Positions 48,901 through 60,900 of a stretch of 64,000 nt of DNA are shown here, in pieces. The first letter of the stretch is position 1. Every line of letters starts with the position of its first letter. The notes below the pieces were generated by a model. That model was not told the origin of the DNA, did not search any database, and saw nothing but the letters and a program-made list of their open reading frames with translations. The position numbers and the translations under genes are program-made. Origin of the DNA: Eledone cirrhosa (Eukaryota); NCBI GenBank assembly GCA_964016885.1, contig OZ024740.1, positions 289,850,001 through 289,914,000 of the forward strand, in the 5' to 3' direction.

Positions 48901-51900
48901 GGTGATGTTGGTAATAGTGTCAGAGGTGGTGTTTGTATTGGTAATGGTGTTGGTGGTGATGTTGGTAATAGTGTCAGAGGTGGTGTTTGTATTGGTAATG
49001 GTAATGGTGTTGGTGGTGATGTTGGTAATAGTGTCAGAGGTGGTGTTTGTATTGGTAATGGTGTTGGTGGTGATGTTGGTAATAGTGTCAGAGGTGGTGT
49101 TTGTATTGGTAATGGTGTTGGTGGTGATGTTGGTAATAGTGTCAGAGGTGGTGTTTGTATTGGTAATGGTGTTGGTGGTGATGTTGGTAATAGTGTCAGA
49201 GGTGGTGTTTGTATTGGTAATGGTGTTGGTGGTGATGTTGGTAATAGTGTCAGAGATGGTGTTTGTATTGGTGATGGTGTTGGTGGTGATGTTGGTAATA
49301 GTGTCAGAGGTGGTGTTTGTATTGGTAATGGTGTTGGTGGTGATGTTGGTAATAGTGTCAGAGATGGTGTTTGTATTGGTAATGGTGTTGGTGGTGATGT
49401 TGGTAATAGTGTCAGAGGTGGTGTTTGTATTGGTAATGGTGTTGGTGGTGATGTTGGTAATAGTGTCAGAGATGGTGTTTGTATTGGTAATGGTGTTGGT
49501 GGTGATGTTGGTAATAGTGTCAGAGGTGGTGTTTGTATTGGTAATGGTGTTGGTGGTGATGTTGGTAATAGTGTCAGAGGTGGTGTTGTATTGGTAATGG
49601 TGTTGGTGGTGATGTTGGTTATAGTGTCAGAGGTGGTGATTGTATTGGTAATGGTGTTGGTGGTGATGTTGGTAATAGTGTCAGAGGTGGTGTTTGTATT
49701 GGTAATGGTGTTGGTGGTGATGTTGGTAATAGTGTCAGAGGTGGTGATTGTATTGGTAATGGTGTTGGTGGTGATGTTGGTAATAGTGTCAGAGGTGGTG
49801 TTTGTATTGGTGATGGTGTTGGTGGTGATGTTGGTAATAGTGTCAGAGGTGGTGTTTGTATTGGTGATGGTGTTGGTGGTGATGTTGGTAATAGTGTCAG
49901 AGGTGGTGTTTGTATTGGTAATGGTGTTGGTGGTGATGTTGGTAATAGTGTCAGAGGTGGTGTTTGTATTGGTAATGGTGTTGGTGGTGATGTTGGTAAT
50001 AGTGTCAGAGGTGGTGTTTGTATTGGTAATGGTGTTGGTGGTTATGTTGGTTATAGTGTCAGAGGTGGTGTTTGTGTTGGTAATGGTGTTGGTGGTGATG
50101 TTGGTTATAGTGTCAGAGGTGGTGTTTGTATTGGTAATGGTGTTGGTGGTGATGTTGGTAATAGTGTCAGAGGTGGTGTTTGTATTGGTAATGGTGTTGG
50201 TGGTGATGTTGGTAATAGTGTCAGAGGTGGTGTTTGTATTGGTGATGGTGTTGGTGGTGATGTTGGTAATAGTGTCAGAGGTGGTGTTTGTATTGGTAAT
50301 GGTGTTGGTGGTGATGTTGGTAATAGTGTCAGAGGTGGTGTTTGTATTGGTAATGGTGTTGGTGGTGATGTTGGTAATAGTGTCAGAGGTGGTGTTTGTA
50401 TTGGTAATGGTGTTGGTGGTGATGTTGGTAATAGTGTCAGAGGTGGTGTTTGTATTGGTAATGGTAATGGTGTTGGTGGTGATGTTGGTAATAGTGTCAG
50501 AGGTGGTGTTTGTATTGGTAATGGTGTTGGTGGTGATGTTGGTAATAGTGTCAGAGGTGGTGTTTGTATTGGTAATGGTGTTGGTGGTGATGTTGGTAAT
50601 AGTGTCAGAGGTGGTGTTTGTATTGGTAATGGTGTTGGTGGTGATGTTGGTAATAGTGTCAGAGGTGGTGTTTGTATTGGTAATGGTGTTGGTGGTGATG
50701 TTGGTAATAGTGTCAGAGGTGGTGTTTGTATTGGTAATGGTGTTGGTGGTGATGTTGGTAATAGTGTCAGAGATGGTGTTTGTATTGGTGATGGTGTTGG
50801 TGGTGATGTTGGTAATAGTGTCAGAGGTGGTGTTTGTATTGGTAATGGTGTTGGTGGTGATGTTGGTAATAGTGTCAGAGATGGTGTTTGTATTGGTAAT
50901 GGTGTTGGTGGTGATGTTGGTAATAGTGTCAGAGGTGGTGTTTGTATTGGTAATGGTGTTGGTGGTGATGTTGGTAATAGTGTCAGAGATGGTGTTTGTA
51001 TTGGTAATGGTGTTGGTGGTGATGTTGGTAATAGTGTCAGAGGTGGTGTTTGTATTGGTAATGGTGTTGGTGGTGATGTTGGTAATAGTGTCAGAGGTGG
51101 TGTTGTATTGGTAATGGTGTTGGTGGTGATGTTGGTTATAGTGTCAGAGATGGTGATTGTATTGGTAATGGTGTTGGTGGTGATGTTGGTAATAGTGTCA
51201 GAGGTGGTGTTTGTATTGGTAATGGTGTTGGTGGTGATGTTGGTAATAGTGTCAGAGGTGGTGATTGTATTGGTAATGGTGTTGGTGGTGATGTTGGTAA
51301 TAGTGTCAGAGGTGGTGTTTGTATTGGTGATGGTGTTGGTGGTGATGTTGGTAATAGTGTCAGAGGTGGTGTTTGTATTGGTGATGGTGTTGGTGGTGAT
51401 GTTGGTAATAGTGTCAGAGGTGGTGTTTGTATTGGTAATGGTGTTGGTGGTGATGTTGGTAATAGTGTCAGAGGTGGTGTTTGTATTGGTAATGGTGTTG
51501 GTGGTGATGTTGGTAATAGTGTCAGAGGTGGTGTTTGTATTGGTAATGGTGTTGGTGGTTATGTTGGTTATAGTGTCAGAGGTGGTGTTTGTGTTGGTAA
51601 TGGTGTTAGTGGTGATGTTGGTTATAGTGTCAGAGGTGGTGTTTGTATTGGTAATGGTGTTGGTGGTGATGTTGGTAATAGTGTCAGAGGTGGTGTTTGT
51701 GTTGGTAATGGTGTTGGTGGTGATGTTGTTATAGTGTCAGAGGTGGTGTTTGTATTGGTAATGGTGTTGGTGGTGATGTTGGTAATAGTGTCAGAGGTGG
51801 TGTTTGTATTGGTGATGGTGTTGGTGGTGATGTTGGTAATAGTGTCAGAGGTGGTGTTTGTATTGGTGATGGTGTTGGTGGTGATGTTGGTTATAGTGTC

Positions 51901-54900
51901 AGAGGTGGTGTTTGTATTGGTGATGGTGTTGGTGGTGATGTTGGTAATAGTGTCAGAGGTGGTGTTTGTGTTGGTAATGGTGTTGGTGGTGATGTTGGTA
52001 ATAGTGTCAGAGGTGGTGTTTGTGTTGGTAATGGTGTTGGTGGTGATGTTGTTATAGTGTCAGAGGTGGTGTTTGTGTTGGTGATGGTGTTGGTGGTGAT
52101 GTTGGTAATAGTGTCAGAGGTGGTGTTTGTGTTGGTAATGGCGTTGGTGGTGATGTTGGTAATAGTGTCAGAGGTGGTGTTTGTATTGGTAATGGTGTTG
52201 GTGGTGATGTTGGTAATAGTGTCAGAGGTGGTGTTTGTGTTGGTAATGGTGTTGGTGGTGATGTTGTTATAGTGTCAGAGGTGGTGTTTGTGTTGGTGAT
52301 GGTGTTGGTGGTGATGTTGGTAATAGTGTCAGAGGTGGTGTTTGTGTTGGTAATGGTGTTGGTGGTGATGTTGGTTATAGTGTCAGAGGTGGTGATTGTA
52401 TTGGTAATGGTGTTGGTGGTGATGTTGGTTATAGTGTCAGAGGTGGTGTTTGTATTGGTAATGGTGTTGGTGGTGATGTTGGTAATAGTGTCAGAGATGG
52501 TGTTTGTATTGGTAATGGTGTTGGTGGTGATGTTGGTAATAGTGTCAGAGATGGTGTTTGTATTGGTAATGGTGTTGGTGGTGATGTTGGTTATAGTGTC
52601 AGAGGTGGTGTTTGTATTGGTGATGGTGTTGGTGGTGATGTTGGTAATAGTGTCAGAGATGGTGTTTGTATTGGTAATGGTGTTGGTGGTGATGTTGGTT
52701 ATAGTGTCAGAGGTGGTGTTTGTATTGGTGATGGTGTTGGTGGTGATGTTGGTAATAGTGTCAGAGGTGGTGTTTGTGTTGGAAATGGTGTTGGTGGTGA
52801 TGTTGGTAATAGTGTCAGAGGTGGTGTTTGTGTTGGTAATGGTGTTGGTGGTGATGTTGGTAATAGTGTCAGAGGTGGTGTTTGTATTGGTGATGGTGTT
52901 GGTGGTGATGTTGGTAATAGTGTCAGAGATGGTGTTTGTATTGGTAACGGTGTTGGTGGTGATGTTGGTTATAGTGTCAGAGGTGGTGTTTGTATTGGTA
53001 ATGGTGTTGGTGGTGATGTTGGTAATAGTGTCAGAGGTGGTGTTTGTATTGGTAATGGTGTTGGTGGTGATGTTGGTTATAGTGTCAGAGGTGGTGATTG
53101 TATTGGTAATGGTGTTGGTGGTGATGTTGGTAATAGTGTCAGAGGTGGTGATTGTATTGGTAATGGTGTTGGTGGTGATGTTGGTTATAGTGTCAGAGGT
53201 GGTGTTTGTATTGGTAATGGTGTTGGTGGTGATGTTGGTAATAGTGTCAGAGGTGGTGTTTGTATTGGTGATGGTGTTGGTGGTGATGTTGGTAATAGTC
53301 TCAGAGGTGGTGATTGTATTGGTAATGGTGTTGGTGGTGATGTTGGTAATAGTGTCAGAGGTGGTGTTTGTATTGGTGATGGTGTTGGTGGTGATGTTGG
53401 TTATAGTGTCAGAGGTGGTGTTTGTATTGGTAATGGTGTTGGTGGTGATGTTGGTAATAGTGTCAGAGGTGGTGTTTGTATTGGTAATGGTGTTGGTGGT
53501 GATGTTGGTAATAGTGTCAGAGGTGGTGTTTGTATTGGTAATGGTGTTGGTGGTGATGTTGGTAATAGTGTCAGAGGTGGTGTTTGTATTGGTAATGGTG
53601 TTGGTGGTGATGTTGGTAATAGTGTCAGAGGTGGTGTTTGTATTGGTAATGGTGTTGGTGGTGATGTTGGTAATAGTGTCAGAGGTGGTGTTTGTATTGG
53701 TAATGGTGTTGGTGGTGATGTTGGTTATAGTGTCAGAGGTGGTGATTGTATTGGTAATGGTGTTGGTGGTGATGTTGGTTATAGTGTCAGAGGTGGTGTT
53801 TGTGTTGGTGATGGTGTTGGTGGTGATGTTGGTTATAGTGTCAGAGATGGTGTTTGTGTTGGTGATGGTGTTGGTGGTGATGTTGGTTATAGTGTCAGAG
53901 ATGGTGTTTGTATTGGTGATGGTGTTGGTGGTGATGTTGGTAATAGTGTCAGAGGTGGTGTTTGTATTGGTAATGGTAATGGTGTTGGTGGTGATGTTGG
54001 TAATAGTGTCAGAGGTGGTGTTTGTATTGGTAATGGTGTTGGTGGTGATGTTGGTAATAGTGTCAGAGGTGGTGTTTGTATTGGTAATGGTGTTGGTGGT
54101 GATGTTGGTAATAGTGTCAGAGGTGGTGTTTGTATTGGTAATGGTAATGGTGTTGGTGGTGATGTTGGTAATAGTGTCAGAGGTGGTGTTTGTATTGGTA
54201 ATGGTGTTGGTGGTGATGTTGGTAATAGTGTCAGAGGTGGTGTTTGTATTGGTAATGGTGTTGGTGGTGATGTTGGTAATAGTGTCAGAGGTGGTGTTTG
54301 TATTGGTGATGGTGTTGGTGGTGATGTTGGTAATAGTGTCAGAGGTGGTGTTTGTATTGGTAATGGTGTTGGTGGTGATGTTGGTAATAGTGTCAGAGGT
54401 GGTGTTTGTATTGGTAATGGTGTTGGTGGTGATGTTGGTAATAGTGTCAGAGGTGGTGTTTGTATTGGTAATGGTGTTGGTGGTGATGTTGGTAATAGTG
54501 TCAGAGGTGGTGTTTGTATTGGTAATGGTAATGGTGTTGGTGGTGATGTTGGTAATAGTGTCAGAGGTGGTGTTTGTATTGGTAATGGTGTTGGTGGTGA
54601 TGTTGGTAATAGTGTCAGAGGTGGTGTTTGTATTGGTAATGGTAATGGTGTTGGTGGTGATGTTGGTAATAGTGTCAGAGGTGGTGTTTGTATTGGTAAT
54701 GGTGTTGGTGGTGATGTTGGTAATAGTGTCAGAGGTGGTGTTTGTATTGGTAATGGTAATGGTGTTGGTGGTGATGTTGGTAATAGTGTCAGAGGTGGTG
54801 TTTGTATTGGTAATGGTGTTGGTGGTGATGTTGGTAATAGTGTCAGAGGTGGTGTTTGTATTGGTAATGGTGTTGGTGGTGATGTTGGTAATAGTGTCAG

Positions 54901-57900
54901 AGGTGGTGTCTGTATTGGTAATGGTGTTGGTGGTGATGTTGGTAATAGTGTCAGAGGTGGTGTTTGTATTGGTAATGGTGTTGGTGGTGATGTTGGTTAT
55001 AGTGTCAGAGGTGGTGTTTGTATTGGTGATGGCGTTGGTGGTGATGTTGGTAATAGTGTCAGAGGTGGTGTTTGTATTGGTAATGGTGTTGGTGGTGATG
55101 TTGGTTATAGTGTCAGAGGTGGTGTGTGTATTGGTGATGGTGTTGGTGGTGATGTTGGTAATAGTGTCAGAGGTGGTGTTTGTATTGGTGATGGTGTTGG
55201 TGGTGATGTTGGTAATAGTGTCAGAGGTGGTGTTTGTATTGGTAATGGTGTTGGTGGTGATGTTGGTAATAGTGTCAGAGATGGTGTTTGTATTGGTAAT
55301 GGTGTTGGTGGTGATGTTGGTAATAGTGTCAGAGGTGGTGTTTGTATTGGTAATGGTGTTGGTGGTGATGTTGGTAATAGTGTCAGAGATGGTGTTTGTA
55401 TTGGTAATGGTGTTGGTGGTGATGTTGGTAATAGTGTCAGAGGTGGTGTTTGTATTGGTAATGGTGTTGGTGGTGATGTTGGTAATAGTGTCAGAGGTGG
55501 TGTTGTATTGGTAATGGTGTTGGTGGTGATGTTGGTTATAGTGTCAGAGATGGTGATTGTATTGGTAATGGTGTTGGTGGTGATGTTGGTAATAGTGTCA
55601 GAGGTGGTGTTTGTATTGGTAATGGTGTTGGTGGTGATGTTGGTAATAGTGTCAGAGGTGGTGATTGTATTGGTAATGGTGTTGGTGGTGATGTTGGTAA
55701 TAGTGTCAGAGGTGGTGTTTGTATTGGTGATGGTGTTGGTGGTGATGTTGGTAATAGTGTCAGAGGTGGTGTTTGTATTGGTGATGGTGTTGGTGGTGAT
55801 GTTGGTAATAGTGTCAGAGGTGGTGTTTGTATTGGTAATGGTGTTGGTGGTGATGTTGGTAATAGTGTCAGAGGTGGTGTTTGTATTGGTAATGGTGTTG
55901 GTGGTGATGTTGGTAATAGTGTCAGAGGTGGTGTTTGTATTGGTAATGGTGTTGGTGGTTATGTTGGTTATAGTGTCAGAGGTGGTGTTTGTGTTGGTAA
56001 TGGTGTTGGTGGTGATGTTGGTTATAGTGTCAGAGGTGGTGTTTGTATTGGTAATGGTGTTGGTGGTGATGTTGGTAATAGTGTCAGAGGTGGTGTTTGT
56101 GTTGGTAATGGTGTTGGTGTGTGTGATGTTGGTTATAGTGTCAGAGGTGGTGTTTGTATTGGTAATGGTGTTGGTGGTGATGTTGGTAATAGTGTCAGAG
56201 GTGGTGTTTGTATTGGTGATGGTGTTGGTGGTGATGTTGGTAATAGTGTCAGAGGTGGTGTTTGTATTGGTGATGGTGTTGGTGGTGATGTTGGTTATAG
56301 TGTCAGAGGTGGTGTTTGTATTGGTGATGGTGTTGGTGGTGATGTTGGTAATAGTGTCAGAGGTGGTGTTTGTGTTGGTAATGGTGTTGGTGGTGATGTT
56401 GGTAATAGTGTCAGAGGTGGTGTTTGTTGTTGGTAATGGTGTTGGTGGTGATGTTGTTATAGTGTCAGAGGTGGTGTTTGTGTTGGTGAATGGTGTTGGT
56501 GGTGATGTTGGTAATAGTGTCAGAGGTGGTGTTTTGTGTTGGGGTAATGGTGTTGGTGGTGATGTTGGTAATAGTGTCAGAGGTGGTGTTTGTATTGGTG
56601 AATGGTGTTGGTGGTGATGTTGGTAATAGTGTCGTTTGTGTTGGTAATGGTGTTGGTGGTGATGTTGTTATAGTGTCAGAGGTGGTGTTTGTGTTGGTGA
56701 TGGTGTTGGTGGTGATGTTGGTAATAGTGTCAGAGGTGGTGTTTGTGTTGGTAATGGTGTTGGTGGTGATGTTGGTAATAGTGTCAGAGGTGGTGTTTGT
56801 ATTGGTAATGGTGTTGGTGGTGATGTTGGTTATAGTGTCAGAGGTGGTGTTTGTGTTGGTAATGGTGTTGGTGGTGATGTTGGTTATAGTGTCAGAGGTG
56901 GTGTTTGTATTGGTGATGGTGTTGTGGTGATGTTGGTAATAGTGTCAGAGGTGGTGTTTGTGTTGGTAATGGTGTTGGTGGTGATGTTGGTTATAGTGTC
57001 AGAGGTGGTGTTTGTATTGGTAATGGTGTTGGTGGTGATGTTGGTTATAGTGTCAGAGGTGGTGTTGTATTGGTAATGGTGTTGGTGGTGATGTTGGTAA
57101 TAGTGTCAGAGATGGTGTTTGTATTGGTGATGGTGTTGGTGGTGATGTTGGTTATAGTGTCAGAGGTGGTGTTTGTGTTGGTAATGGTGTTGGTGGTGAT
57201 GTTGGTTATAGTGTCAGAGGTGGTGTTTGTATTGGTAATGGTGTTGGTGGTGATGTTGGTTATAGTGTCAGAGGTGGTGTTTGTATTGGTGATGGTGTTG
57301 GTGGTGATGTTGGTTATAGTGTCAGAGGTGGTGTTTTGTATTGGTGATGGTGTTGGTGGTGATGTTGGTAATAGTGTCAGAGGTGGTGTTTGTATTGGTA
57401 ATGGTGTTGGTGGTGATGTTGGTTATAGTGTCAGAGGTGGTGTTTGTATTGGTGATGGTGTTGGTGGGTGATGTTGGTAATAGTGTCAGAGGTGGTGTTT
57501 GTATTGGTAATGGTGTTGGTGGTGATGTTGGTAATAGTGTCAGAGATGGTGTTTGTATTGGTAATGGTGTTGGTGGTGATGTTGGTAATAGTGTCAGAGA
57601 TGGTGTTTGTATTGGTAATGGTGTTGGTGGTGATGTTGTTATAGTGTCAGAGGTGGGTGTTTGTATTGGTAATGGTGTTGGTGGTGATGTTGGTTATAGT
57701 GTCAGAGGTGGTGTTTGTATTGGTAATGGTGTTGGTGGTGATGTTGGTTAATAGTGTCAGAGGTGGTGTTTGTATTGGTAATGGTGTTGGTGGTGATGTT
57801 GGTTATAGTGTCAGAGGTGGTGTTTGTATTGGTAATGGTGTTGGTGGTGATGTTGGTAATAGTGTCAGAGGTGGTGTTTGTATTGGTAATGGTGTTGGTG

Positions 57901-60900
57901 GTGATGTTGGTAATAGTGTCAGAGGTGGTGTTTGTATTGGTGATGGTGTTGGTGGTGATGTTGGTTATAGTGTCAGAGATGGTGATTGTATTGGTAATGG
58001 TGTTGGTGGTGATGTTGGTTATAATGTCAGAGGTGGTGATTGTATTGGTAATGGTGTTGGTGGTGATGTTGGTTAATAGTGTCAGAGGTGGTGTTTGTAT
58101 TGGTAATGGTGTTGGTGGTGATGTTGGTAATAGTGTCAGAGGTGGTGTTTGTATTGGTAATGGTGTTGGTGGTGATGTTGGTTATAGTGTCAGAGGATGG
58201 TGATTGTATTGGTAATGGTGTTGGTGGTGATGTTGGTAATAGTGTCAGAGGTGGTGTTTGTATTGGTGATGGTGTTGGTGGTGATGTTGGTTATAGTGTC
58301 AGAGATGGTGATTGTATTGGTAATGGTGTTGGTGGTGATGTTGGTTATAGTGTCAGAGGTGGTGTTTGTATTGGTAATGGTGTTGGTGGTGATGTTGGTT
58401 ATAGTGTCAGAGGTGGTGTTTGTATTGGTGATGGTGTTGGTGGTGATGTTGGTAATAGTGTCAGAGGTGGTGTTTGTATTGGTGATGGTGTTGGTGGTGA
58501 TGTTGGTTATAGTGTCAGAGATGGTGATTGTATTGGTAATGGTGTTGGTGGTGATGTTGGTTATAGTGTCAGAGGTGGTGTTTGTATTGGTAATGGTGTT
58601 GGTGGTGATGTTGGTAATAGTGTCAGAGGTGGTGTTTGTATTGGTGATGGTGTTGGTGGTGATGTTGGTAATAGTGTCAGAGGTGGTGTTTGTATTGGTA
58701 ATGGTGTTGGTGGTGATGTTGGTTATAGTGTCAGAGGTGGTGTTTGTATTGGTAATGGTGTTGGTGGTGATGTTGGTTATAGTGTCAGAGATGGTGATTG
58801 TATTGGTAATGGTGTTGGTGGTGATGTTGGTAATAGTGTCAGAGGTGGTGTTTGTATTGGTAATGGTGTTGGTGGTGATGTTGGTTATAGTGTCAGAGGT
58901 GGTGTTTGTATTGGTAATGGTGTTTGGTGGTGATGTTGGTTATAGTGTCAGAGGTGGTGTTTGTATTGGTGATGGTGTTGGTGGTGATGTTGGTAATAGT
59001 GTCAGAGATGGTGATTGTATGGTAATGGTGTTGGTGGTGATGTTGGTTATAGTGTCAGAGGTGGTGATTGTATTGGTAATGGTGTTGGTGGTGATGTTGG
59101 TTATAGTGTCAGAGATGGTGTTTGTATTGGTGATGGTGTTGGTGGTGATGTTGGTAATAGTGTCAGAGATGGTGTTTGTATTGGTAATGGTGTTGGTGGT
59201 GATGTTGGTTATAGTGTCAGAGGTGGTGATTGTATTGGTAATGGTGTTGGTGGTGATGTTGGTTATAGTGTCAGAGATGGTGATTGTATTGGTAATGGTG
59301 TTGGTGGTGATGTTGGTTATAGTGTCAGAGATGGTGATTGTATTGGTAATGGTGTTGGTGGTGATGTTGGTTAATAGTGTCAGAGGTGGTGTTTGTATTG
59401 GTAATGGTGTTGGTGGTGATGTTGGTAATAGTGTCAGAGGTGGTGTTTGTATTGGTAATGGTGTTGGTGGTGATGTTGGTTATAGTGTCAGAGATGGTGA
59501 TTGTATTGGTAATGGTGTTGGTGGTGATGTTGGTTATAGTGTCAGAGGTGGTGATTGTATTGGTAATGGTGTTGGTGGTGATGTTGGTTATAGTGTCAGA
59601 GATGGTGTTTGTATTGGTGATGGTGTTGGTGGTGATGTTGGTTATAGTGTCAGAGATGGTGATTGTATTGGTAATGGTGTTGGTGGTGATGTTGGTAATA
59701 GTGTCAGAGATGGTGATTGTATTGGTGATGGTGTTGGTGGTGATGTTGGTAATAGTGTCAGAGGTGGTGTTTGTATTGGTGATGGTGTTGGTGGTGATGT
59801 TGGTTATAGTGTCAGAGATGGTGATTGTATTGGTAATGGTGTTGGTGGTGATGTTGGTTATAGTGTCAGAGGTGGTGTTTGTATTGGTAATGGTGTTGGT
59901 GGTGATGTTGGTTATAGTGTCAGAGATGGTGTTTGTATTGGTGATGGTGTTGGTGGTGATGTTGGTTATAGTGTCAGAGATGGTGTTTGTATTGGTAATG
60001 GTGTTGGTGGTGATGTTGGTTATAGTGTCAGAGGTGGTGATTGTATTGGTAATGGTAATGGTGTTGGTGGTGATGTTGGTAATAGTGTCAGAGATGGTGT
60101 TTGTATTAGTAATGGTGTTGGTGGTGATGTTGGTTATAGTGTCAGAGGTGGTGTTTGTATTGGTAATGGTGTTGGTGGTGATGTTGGTAATAGTGTCAGA
60201 GGTGGTGATTGTATTGGTAATGGTGTTGGTGGTGATGTTGGTTATAGTGTCAGAGATGGTGATTGTATTGGTGATTGGTGTTGGTGGTGATGTTGGTAAT
60301 AGTGTCAGAGGTGGTGTTTGTATTGGTAATGGTGTTGGTGGTGATGTTGGTAATAGTGTCAGAGATGGTGTTTTGTATTGGTAATGGTGTTGGTGGTGAT
60401 GTTGGTTATAGTGTCAGAGGTGGTGTTTGTATTGGTAATGGTGTTGGTGGTGATGTTGGTTATAGTGTCAGAGGTGGTGTTTGTATTGGTAATGGTGTTG
60501 GTGGTGATGTTGGTTATAGTGTCAGAGGTGGTGTTTGTATTGGTGATGGTGTTGGTGGTGATGTTGGTTATAGTGTCAGAGATGGTGTTTGTATTGGTGA
60601 TGGTGTTGGTGGTGATGTTGGTAATAGTGTCAGAGGTGGTGTTTGTATTGGTAATGGTGTTGGTGGTGATGTTGGTTATAGTGTCAGAGATGGTGTTTGT
60701 ATTGGTAATGGTGTTGGTGGTGATGTTGGTTATAGTGTCAGAGATGGTGTTTGTATTGGTAATGGTGTTGGTGGTGATGTTGGTTATAGTGTCAGAGGTG
60801 GTGTTTGTATTGGTGATGGTGTTGGTGGTGATGTTGGTAATAGTGTCAGAGATGGTGTTTGTATTGGTGATGGTGTTGGTGGTGATGTTGGTAATAGTGT

